A stretch of 38,199 bases of DNA from an uncultured Wenzhouxiangella sp. (GTDB lineage Bacteria; Pseudomonadota; Gammaproteobacteria; Xanthomonadales; Wenzhouxiangellaceae): contig CAYQJJ010000002.1 in assembly GCA_964417745.1 (NCBI GenBank), positions 1 through 38,199 on the forward strand, read 5' to 3'. The translations under genes were made by a program, and so were the position numbers. Below, in pieces: positions 1 through 9,200 of this stretch. The notes under the pieces are model-generated. The model was not told the origin of the DNA. It was given only the letters and a program-made list of their open reading frames with translations, and did no database searches. Positions within the stretch are counted from its first letter, which is position 1, and the number at the start of each line of letters is the position of its first letter.

Positions 1-355
1 GTTCGAAGTCAGCCGCGATTCCAGCGGCAAGTTCGCGTACCTGATCGAGTTCGAGAAAGTCCGCGCGCCGGAACTCGGCACTGCCGCCATCGGACTCGAT
101 ACGCTCGGCCACCGCCTCGCCACGCTCGACGCTGCGCCCATGAACGATGACGTGGTAGCCCTTCGCGCCGAGGCGCAACGCAACCTCCTCGCCCAGGCCC
201 CGGGTCGAGCCGGTCACCAGCGCAACCGGTCGGGCCTCCACGGCCTCGCCGTCGGCCGCCTCGTTCGAGCCGGATGCGGCAAGCGATGAAAATCCGAGCA
301 GGAACCCAAAGGTCATCAGCAAGGCAGGTCGAAAGGAAAATTTGTCGGATTTCAT
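1..355 (-). CDS. SDR family NAD(P)-dependent oxidoreductase with signal-peptide-like N-terminus (3' end outside window)
   Basis: Not in the ORF track. Manual translation from ATG at 355: MKSDKFSFRPALLMTFGFLLGFSSLAASGSNEAADGEAVEARPVALVTGSTRGLGEEVALRLGAKGYHVIVHGRSVERGEAV...RADFLELDQVRELA. Contains the SDR TGxxxGxG motif and is open to the window edge. Confidence 0.88.
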   Translation of the reverse strand, partial: MKSDKFSFRPALLMTFGFLLGFSSLAASGSNEAADGEAVEARPVALVTGSTRGLGEEVALRLGAKGYHVIVHGRSVERGEAVAERIESDGGSAEFRRADFLELDQVRELAAGIAADFE

Positions 356-434
356 GATCTGGCAGTTTCCGTTGGTATTCAATCCGATGATTCTGCTCCC
401 GCGCCGGCTCGCAATCAAGTCTGGCGCGAAAACG

Positions 435-443
435 TGCTATGAT
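435..443 (+). promoter_or_regulatory. Putative extended -10 promoter (TGcTATGAT) for the DEAD-box helicase, implying a leader of about 140 nt
   Basis: TG-n-TATGAT at 435-443; no convincing -35. Leader has a GCCCGG/CCGGGC hairpin at 540-559. Confidence 0.4.
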
Positions 444-590
444 TCATGGCTGAACGGAACCAGCCTTCAACAGGCTCGGATCGATCCGTTCCCTCTCGCG
501 GATTGAATGTTTGCCAAGGCCCTTCCCCGATTTGTTCCAGCCCGGCTTTGTATCCGGGCATTACCAGGCCTTGGTCAACAAGGAAAAACC

Positions 591-1847
<1,257 letters not shown>

Positions 1848-1850
1848 CCG

Positions 1851-1901
1851 ACCGGGCGCTATTGGCTACCTGTCCGGCTAGTGCCGGACAGGTGACCCGG
1901 T
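1851..1901 (+). terminator. Strong hairpin after rhlE (terminator-like or stabilising)
   Basis: Perfect 11-bp stem ACCTGTCCGGC-tagt-GCCGGACAGGT (1868-1893), extended by ACCGGG/CCCGGT (1851-56/1896-1901); no U-tract. Confidence 0.55.
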
Positions 1902-1910
1902 CCGCCCAGC

Positions 1911-1930
1911 GTTGTTCAGAGAATCCCTAA
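1911..1930 (-). mobile_element. Solo IS5-family-type terminal inverted repeat with YTAR target site (IS scar)
   Basis: Minus strand reads TTAG-GGATTCTCTGAACAAC, matching the remembered IS5-subgroup end pattern GGAnnnTCTGAAYAA next to a YTAR tetranucleotide. No partner end or transposase seen. Confidence 0.5.
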
Positions 1931-1944
1931 AACCCCTGAAGCCG

Positions 1945-1980
1945 CCCGCCTGAGGCGGGTCCCCTGTGCTTCTCGCAGGG
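1945..1980 (-). terminator. Two short GC hairpins just downstream of the propeller gene stop
   Basis: CCCGCC-tga-GGCGGG (1945-1959) and CCCTGTG-cttct-CGCAGGG (1962-1980); weak T-rich run follows on the minus strand. Confidence 0.4.
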
Positions 1981-1985
1981 TCTGC

Positions 1986-3299
1986 TCAATCCTCCGGCGC
2001 CGCGACCTCGAAACGATCCTGGAAAAACACGCCCGGCTTCAGGCTGAGTCGCGAGATCCGGCTCTGTCCCGGATACCAGACGAGGTCATCGATGAAAACC
2101 GGCCGATGGTAAAACGCGAAATAGCCTTCCGAATAGGAGATCTGATCAATCAGCTCGTTGTTCCCCAAATCCACGCGTAACCAGCTACCCCCCGAATCCC
2201 AGGAGGCGAGATAGGCATAATCACGCTCGGGGTCAGGGTCCAGGGCCAGGGATTTCCATGCCCGATAGCCATTTGGCAGCTCGATATCGGCTTCGATCGC
2301 CAGCGTATCGGTATTGACTCCAACGAGATGAGTGGCGTCTCCGCCACTACCGCCGAATATGCCCCTTTCACTAGAATAGGCCCACAGGGTCTCGCCATCC
2401 AGGCTCAAAGCCAGACTCGGGTACATAACATGAGCCGAGTTTCCGGTAGAAACCGGCGTGGCGCTGAATGTCTCGAGATCAACCTTGAATAGCCCGCTGT
2501 AATCGGGATAGAAGGCCGACTCACCTTCGCCCAAACCGACCCATAGAGCGTTACCGCTAGAGTCCATGACCATGTCCATGGCCATGTCCATGATCCAATC
2601 GGACCCATACTGAAAAATCAACTGGTCGACAATTGTGAATTTCTCCAGATCGACTTTCACCAGACCGGCATGGCCATCGATTTGCTGGCTGATATACAGG
2701 TGTGTGCCATCAGGGGCGACAGACGCGGCAGCTCCCTCGCTCGACAACTCCAGTTCACGCAGCACTTCCCAGTCCGATTGCTGAAGCTCAAGCAAGATAG
2801 GTTCAGATTCAAGATCAGTGCTGGCGGGGAACAGAAAAATATACAGGCGATCCGCATCGGGATGCCTGATCAAAAAGCGAGTTCCTCGGGGAAACCCAGT
2901 CAATACGCGTTCATCGACCACTTCCAGCGTCTCGAGATCAAGCCGGCGCAAGACAGGCCCGTCAGAACCTGGAATCGCAAAGTCGACAGTGCCTGACGCG
3001 GCCGAATACACCAAGGCAAAAACCCTCGCCATCGATCCCTGCTCCAGGCTGTCGAGGTACTCGAAAGCTTGTACCTTCGAGCCCGGGAAAACCACCAGCG
3101 CCAGCAGCACAAAAACGGCGCCGTGCCAGTGGCCGGGCCGGAGTCGTCGAAATGGAAAAGTGTCTTGGATCGGGAAAACCTTGGGCAGAAATATGGGATA
3201 CGGTGCGCTGGATCCAACACGCGTGATTTTGCAGTCTAATCCAGTTTGCGACTGAAAATCAGCTCCGGCCGCCGCGGCCGTCGGCAAATCCGGGCGCAT
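1986..3299 (-). CDS. Secreted beta-propeller protein (YncE/YVTN-like) with C-terminal FFQDRFE tail; start uncertain (ATG 3299 or ATC 3170)
   Basis: Signal-like segment FRRLRPGHWHGAVFVLLALVVFPGSKVQA; repeated blades (LRRLDLETLEV, LVKVDLEKFTI, LFKVDLETFSA, LRVDLGNNEL; SVAPDGTHLYI, ALSLDGETLWA); visibly more AT-rich than flanking genes. Confidence 0.72.
   Translation of the reverse strand: MRPDLPTAAAAGADFQSQTGLDCKITRVGSSAPYPIFLPKVFPIQDTFPFRRLRPGHWHGAVFVLLALVVFPGSKVQAFEYLDSLEQGSMARVFALVYSAASGTVDFAIPGSDGPVLRRLDLETLEVVDERVLTGFPRGTRFLIRHPDADRLYIFLFPASTDLESEPILLELQQSDWEVLRELELSSEGAAASVAPDGTHLYISQQIDGHAGLVKVDLEKFTIVDQLIFQYGSDWIMDMAMDMVMDSSGNALWVGLGEGESAFYPDYSGLFKVDLETFSATPVSTGNSAHVMYPSLALSLDGETLWAYSSERGIFGGSGGDATHLVGVNTDTLAIEADIELPNGYRAWKSLALDPDPERDYAYLASWDSGGSWLRVDLGNNELIDQISYSEGYFAFYHRPVFIDDLVWYPGQSRISRLSLKPGVFFQDRFEVAAPED
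2564..2593. repeat. 5 x CCATGN hexamer tandem repeat inside the propeller gene
   Basis: CCATGA CCATGT CCATGG CCATGT CCATGA; encodes MDMAMDMVMD on the minus strand. Confidence 0.85.
3224..3261. promoter_or_regulatory. Inverted repeat overlapping a -10-like TAGACT upstream of the propeller gene (candidate operator)
   Basis: TGATTTT(G)CAGTC ... GACTGAAAATCA, 12-bp arms with one bulged base and a 13-nt spacer; TAGACT on the minus strand at 3233-3238. Confidence 0.4.
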
Positions 3300-3308
3300 C
3301 CAGCCGCC

Positions 3309-3877
3309 TTACCACCACTCGATGCGCGCGACGTCGAGATCGGCCTCGAAAGCCTCACCGTAGGTGACCAGCGCCACGGATCGCAGGCGCTCGGGGTTCA
3401 GCGCTTGGTCCAGACTGCGGGCCTCAAAGTCCGACCAGGGAAGTTCCAGCGTTTCCCATTCTCTGCTCAAGTTCAGCCGGGCCCGGTAATAGGCCCAGGG
3501 CCGGCGCGTGTCTTCACTTCGCAGGTGCAGGTAGTAGGCGCCGGGCTCGAGCGCCCGGGCCGTCACCCGCAGGCCGGCGACGCCGCTGGCATCGAACAGG
3601 GCCCCGCCGGGGTCCAGCGGCAGACGCAGCTGGATGAAGCCGCCGTTGTTGTCCAGCCGTACCCGGCCGCGCATGGCCAGCACCGGCCGACCTTCGACTT
3701 CCCGGTAGCCGGCGTCCAGATCCAAGCGCCCGCCCATGACCCGGTCGGTAAAACCCTGCCAGGACGAGCTCAGCGCCGAGCGCTGCCCTGAAAAATCATC
3801 GCGATCAACATTTCACCCTCCCCGGCCAGCAGCGGTGCACAGAAGCCAATAACCCACACACTGACGATCAGTCTCAT
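3309..3877 (-). pseudogene. CIA30-family protein (complex I intermediate-associated 30-like, secreted type), frameshifted
   Basis: ATG 3877 gives MRLIVSVWVIGFCAPLLAGEGEMLI, then a 2-nt excess at 3801-3802 shifts the frame away from DDFSGQRSALSSSWQGFTDRVMGG...GRVRLDNNGGFIQ...WETLELPWSDF, which are CIA30 motifs. Confidence 0.78.
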
Positions 3878-3986
3878 GCAAGCTGGTTCTCTCGACCATT
3901 AAAACTTAATGATGCGCCATTGCAATGATTTGGGCGTATAGAGCCGAAGCAGACGCAGGCAACAGCCCGATTGCAAAGAGTAAGGG

Positions 3987-4022
3987 TTGAAATTTCGCTA
4001 CGCTGCATGCAATATGCATGCA
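3987..4022 (+). promoter_or_regulatory. TA operon promoter with overlapping palindromic operator
   Basis: TTGAAA (3987-92), 17 nt, CAATAT (4010-15); TGCATGCA-ATA-TGCATGCA (4004-4022) covers the -10. Confidence 0.65.
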
Positions 4023-4047
4023 AATAGCCCGCATAGAGATCGAGAAC

Positions 4048-4287
4048 ATGCCCAATCTTCAGATTCGCGATTTGCCGGTGGAAATTTACAACGCGCTGAA
4101 AACCGATGCCAGCATTGAGCAGCGCAGCCTTACTCAGCAGGCCATCGTCGCCCTGCGCGAGGCCCAGCAGCAGCGGCGGTCCAACCACCGGTCGGCCACG
4201 GTCACTGCCCTGCGCGCCAGCCAGCGGCGCTTTGACTTTGGCGACGAATCGCCCGAAGACCTGATCGCCCGGGATCGCCAGCGCTGA
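4048..4287 (+). CDS. FitA/VapB-like ribbon-helix-helix antitoxin
   Basis: MPNLQIRDLPVEIYNALK..A....RSL..Q is a FitA-type RHH pattern; C-terminal SPEDLIARDR; TGATG overlap with a PIN toxin gene. Confidence 0.85.
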   Translation: MPNLQIRDLPVEIYNALKTDASIEQRSLTQQAIVALREAQQQRRSNHRSATVTALRASQRRFDFGDESPEDLIARDRQR

Positions 4288-4676
4288 TGACACCCGTGGT
4301 TCTGGATGCCTCGGCCGCGATTCGGCTTGTGCTCTCGCCTGCCGACCATGAAACCATGCTGGCGAAGGTCGAGGCCGCCCCGGATGTTCTGGCTCCGCAC
4401 CTGTTTGCCGCCGAAACCGGCAATGCTCTTTGGAAATACTGTCGAGCCGGCCGTATCGAGGCTGGAGCGCTGCGCGAACGCCACCTCGAAGCCCTTGGCC
4501 TGGTCAGCGTTTGGATTCCTGACACCAGCCTATTTCCTGAAGCCCTGGCATTGGCTGCCAGCCGCAACCACTCCGTGTACGACTGTCTCTACCTGGTCGC
4601 TGCCAGGCGCTTCGATGCGAACTTGTCGACCGCTGATCGACGCCTGGCTGATCTACACCGAGACCTTGCCGGCTGA
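4287..4676 (+). CDS. vapC: VapC family PIN-domain toxin
   Basis: VVLDASA, AETGNALWK, SVYDCLYL, LSTADRRL carry the acidic PIN residues; 129 aa. Confidence 0.9.
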   Translation: MTPVVLDASAAIRLVLSPADHETMLAKVEAAPDVLAPHLFAAETGNALWKYCRAGRIEAGALRERHLEALGLVSVWIPDTSLFPEALALAASRNHSVYDCLYLVAARRFDANLSTADRRLADLHRDLAG

Positions 4677-4854
4677 CACCCAACTCGCGCCTCCAGCTTC
4701 GCCGAAACCCGAGGCCCTGGACGCCAGCCCAGGTAGTCAAGATACTTCCCTCCCGCGACCGACCGCCGGGTCATTTAATGGACAGCGCCCGGTCTGCCTC
4801 GCCGTCAAGCCCGGCGCGGTGATACGAACGAGTGCCGTCGATTTCGGCAAACCG

Positions 4855-5029
4855 TGTAGCGCCGCCCTGCAGGCTGGTGCGGTTTGCCCGAACGGCAAGA
4901 AGCGCCGGCCATAAGGGCGAGAAGCGCGTGAGACGGCGCCAGCCTCCGCGGATGCGGGGTCTGGAATCGTCGTAGTAGGCTGGGTCATGAACACGCTGGG
5001 TTCAAGCGCGGGGGCAGAGCAGCGCTACA
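4855..5029. repeat. REP/MITE-like element bounded by GTAG-type imperfect inverted repeats
   Basis: TGTAGCGCCGCCCTGC (4855-4870) versus GCAGAGCAGCGCTACA (5014-5029), 14/16 complementary; several internal hairpins. Confidence 0.5.
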
Positions 5030-5180
5030 TTACTGCAAGGGAACCGGCCGGGCGGCGGTCTGATAAGGGGATTTCGGCCGCCTATCGGCGGGCCGGGGCG
5101 GCTATCATTTGATCCAGCGCTCACGCGCTGATGGAATTATGCGAAGGATTAATCCCGGATCTGGATTCAACAGGAGCATG

Positions 5181-6248
5181 ATGTCGCGGTTTACCATAGT
5201 CACTGTCGGCACGTTGCTGGCCCTCGGGTTGGTTGGCCCAGCCAAGGCCGAGGGGCTGGAAGTCATTGTTGCCCCGGTGGTCGAGCAGCGCCTGAGCGAC
5301 CCGATCGAGTCGCTCGGCACGCTGCGCGCCAGCGAGTCGGCCGAGCTGACCGCCACGGTGACCGAGACCATCGCCGAAATCCGCTTCTCCGATGGCGAGC
5401 GCGTCAGCCAGGGGGATGTGCTGGTCGCTCTGACCAACCGCGAACAGCTTGCCGAGCTCTCGGCCGCCGAGGCCGACCTTGAAGAAGCCCGCCAGCAGTA
5501 CCAGCGCGTTCAGGACCTGGCCGAGCGCGGCCAGGAATCGCGCTCGGTGCTCGACCAGCGCCGGCGCGAGCTCGACACCGCCCGGGCCCGCCTGGCCGGC
5601 GTCGAGGCACGCCTGAGCGACCGGCTGGTCACCGCGCCATTCGATGGCGTGCTCGGGCTGCGGCGGGTCTCGGTCGGCTCGCTGCTCACCCCGGGCGATC
5701 TCATTACCTCGATCCAGGACGATTCGGTCATGCACCTGGATTTCACCATCCCCGAGGTCTTCATGGCGCGCGTCACGCCGGGCCTGCCGATACGCGCCAC
5801 ATCCCGCGCCTACCCGGACGCGACCTTCGAAGGCGAGATCAAGAGCCTGGACAACCGGGTCGACCCGGTCACCCGGGCCTTCGGCGTGCGCGCCGAGATT
5901 GCCAACCCGGATCGCCTGCTCAAGGCCGGCATGCTGATGTCCCTGGAGGTCGAAAGCCAGGAGCGTCAGGCGCTGACCATTCCGGAGGAAGCCATCCTGT
6001 CGCGCGGCAGGTCCCACCACGTTTTCGTCGTCGACGAAGAAGCTGGTGATCGCGTCGAGCGCCGAACGGTAACCATCGGCACTCGTCAGCCCGGTCGGGT
6101 CGAAATCCGCAGTGGACTGTCAGGCGGTGAGCGAGTGGTTGTTCACGGCGGCTTCCGCCTGTCCGATGGGGACGCCATCGTGGTTCGGGCCGAGGTCGAC
6201 GACGAAAGTTCGCTGGCCGCCATCCTCGCCAACGATCACGAAACATGA
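5181..6248 (+). CDS. RND efflux periplasmic adaptor (MFP) subunit
   Basis: Signal peptide, GTLRASES, VTAPFDGVLG, VDPVTR, LKAGM, VEIRSGLSGGERVV; AGGAG RBS at 5172-76 (ATG 5178 or 5181); ATGA overlap with the permease. Confidence 0.93.
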   Translation: MSRFTIVTVGTLLALGLVGPAKAEGLEVIVAPVVEQRLSDPIESLGTLRASESAELTATVTETIAEIRFSDGERVSQGDVLVALTNREQLAELSAAEADLEEARQQYQRVQDLAERGQESRSVLDQRRRELDTARARLAGVEARLSDRLVTAPFDGVLGLRRVSVGSLLTPGDLITSIQDDSVMHLDFTIPEVFMARVTPGLPIRATSRAYPDATFEGEIKSLDNRVDPVTRAFGVRAEIANPDRLLKAGMLMSLEVESQERQALTIPEEAILSRGRSHHVFVVDEEAGDRVERRTVTIGTRQPGRVEIRSGLSGGERVVVHGGFRLSDGDAIVVRAEVDDESSLAAILANDHET

Positions 6249-9200
6249 TCCTGTCGGACCTGGCCGTCACCCGGCCTGTGCTCGCCTCGGTCGCGGCATT
6301 GCTGCTGGTGGTGTTCGGCATCGTCTCGTATCAGCTTCTGCCGCTTCGCGAATATCCGGATATCGACCCGCCGGTGGTCTCGATCGAGACCCGCTATGAC
6401 GGCGCGGCGGCCCGTGTCATCGACACCCAGATCACCGAACGGATCGAGGAATCCATCGCCGGCATCGAGGGGATCGAGTTCATCGAATCGAGCAGCCGTG
6501 ATGGCCAGTCGGAAATCACGGTACGGTTTTCGCTCGACCGCGACGTCAACGCCGCCGCCAACGATGTGCGCGACCGCGTCTCGCGCATCCGCAATGACCT
6601 GCCTGACGAAGCCGACCCGCCGGAAATCCAGCGCGTGGACGCCAACGCCGACGTCATCGTGTGGTGGAACCTGGCCGGCGAGAACCACACCACCCCGGAG
6701 TTGACCGACTACGCCGAGCGCTTTCTCGTCGATCGACTGTCGGTCATCGACGGCGTGGCCAGGGTGCGCATCGGCGGGGCACAAAGCTACGCCATGCGCG
6801 TATGGCTCGACCGCGAAGCGCTGGCAGCCCGCGATCTCACCCCGATCGATATCGAAAATGCCCTGCGCGCCGAGAATGTCGAACTCCCCGCCGGTCAGAT
6901 CGAGTCGCACACCCGTCAGTTCTCGGTGCGCGTGGCACGGGAATTCCACACCGCGGAGGATTTCGCACGCCTGGTCATCCAGCGCGGCGACGACGACCAC
7001 CTCGTGCGTCTCGCAGAAGTGGCGCGCGTCGAGCGCGGCACCGTCGAGGACCGAACCTTCTTCCGTGGCAACGGTGAACCCATGGTCGGTCTGGGAATCG
7101 TGCGTCAATCCCGGGCCAACACGCTCGAGGTAGCACGCGCGGTGCGCGCCGAGGTCGATCGACTCAACCAGGGTCTGCCCGAGGGAATGGAGATTCTTCC
7201 GAGCTTCGATTCGTCGGTGTTCATCGAGGGCGCGGTCCATGAGGTCTATCGGACCCTGTTCATCGCGATCGGCCTGGTCGTTCTGACGATCTTTTTGTTT
7301 CTGGGATCGGTGCGCGCCATCCTGGTTCCTGCTGTGGCCGTTCCGGTGGCGCTGATCTCGACGTTCATTGCACTGGCGCTGTTCGGCTTCACCGTCAACC
7401 TGCTCACCCTGCTCGCCCTGGTCCTGGCCATCGGACTGGTGGTCGACGACGGCATCATCGTGCTCGAAAACGTCCGCCGGCGCATGGACGAGCTCGGCGA
7501 GTCAGCACTGGTCGCGGCTTATCGGGGTACCCGTCAGGTCGGCTTCGCGATTGTCTCGACAACGCTGGTACTGATTTCGGTGTTCGTGCCGATTTCCTTC
7601 TTGCAGGGCGACATCGGCCGGTTATTCTCCGAATTCGCGTTGACCATGGCCGCGGCAGTAGGCTTTTCAAGCTTTGTGGCCCTGACCGTCTCGGCCATGC
7701 TGGCCTCGAAGCTGCTCAAGCCCAAGCAGGACAACAATCGCCTGGTGCGTGTCATGGACACTGGCATCGAGCGCGGTCGCAACCTGTACCGCAGCGCGCT
7801 GCGATCGGTCATCTGCTGGCGCTGGCCGGCACTGGGCCTGATCGCAGTGCTGTTTGCCGGTGCGGGCTGGCTGTTGACCAGCCTGCCCGACGAGTACGCC
7901 CCGCGCGAGGACCGCGGTGCATTTTTCGTGTTGGTCAACGGGCCCGAGGGGGCATCGTACGACTACATGGAAGATTACATGAACGAGCTTGAAGCCCGCC
8001 TCATGCCACTGGTCGAGTCCGGCGAAATCAGTCGCCTGCTGGTGCGCGCGCCACGCGACTTCAACAACCCCTCGGTTTTCAACACCGGCATCGCGATCGT
8101 GGTTCTTGATGACTGGAGTCATCGGCGACCGGCCAGCGAGATCATGGCCGACGTTCGCGAGCGCATCGCCGACCTGGCAGGCATCAACGCGTTCACGATC
8201 ATGCGCCAGGGCTTCGGCGGCGGCATCGGCAACCCGGTTCAGTTCGTCATCGGTGGGGGTGATTACCAGGAGCTTGCTCAATGGCGCGACATTCTGCTCG
8301 AACGAATCGAGGCCGACAACCCCGGCCTGACCGACCTGGACTGGGACTACAAGGAAACCCAGCCCCAGTTCGAAGTTCAGGTCGACTATGACCGCGCAGC
8401 GGACCTCGGGGTGACCGTCAGCAGTATCGGGCGCACCCTCGAGACCATGCTGGGCTCGCGACGGGTCACCACCTATCTCGACGACGGGCAGGAATACGAT
8501 GTCATCGTCGAGGGCGAGCGCGACGACCAGCGCTCGCCGGCGGCACTGGAGAACCTGTACGTGCGCTCCGAGCGCTCGGGCGCCCTGGTACCGCTGTCGA
8601 ACCTGGTCACGCTCGAGGAATTCGCCGATTCCACCGAGCTCAATCGATACAACCGCGTCCGCGCGATCACCATCGAAGCCGGCCTGGCCGAAAACCTGAC
8701 GCTGGGTGAGGCATTGCAATGGCTCGAGGCCGAGGCCCGCGAACATCTGCCCGAAGAAGCGATCATCGACTACAAGGGCCAGAGCCGCGACTTCATGGAA
8801 GCCGGCACTTCGGTCATTTTCATTTTCCTGCTCGGGCTGGTGGTGGTATTCCTGGTGCTGGCCGCGCAGTTCGAGAGCTGGATTCATCCCCTGGTGATCA
8901 TGTTCGGCGTGCCACTGGCGGTTGGCGGTGGCCTGCTGGGGCTGTGGCTGACCGGATCTACGCTCAATGTCTACAGCCAGATCGGCCTGGTCATGCTCAT
9001 CGGACTGGCCGCCAAGAACGGCATCCTGATCGTCGAATTCGTCAATCAGCTGCGCGACGAAGGCAGGGACTTCGACGAAGCCATCATCGAAGGCGCGACC
9101 ATCCGCCTGCGACCGATCGTGATGACCGGAATCACCACCGCAGCCGGCACCCTGCCGCTGATCTTCTCCTCCGGAGCCGGCGCCGAAACCCGCCAGGTAA

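Noticed and set aside
3212-3275. attC-like look: ATCCAAC, 5 nt, then an inverted repeat with a bulged base
   Set aside because: No matching GTTRRRY R' box, wrong position relative to gene orientation, no integrase and no second site.
4737-4994. 85-aa minus-strand ORF, and the 4306-4914 plus-strand ORF
   Set aside because: No family motifs; they overlap vapC or the palindromic element; the composition looks non-coding.
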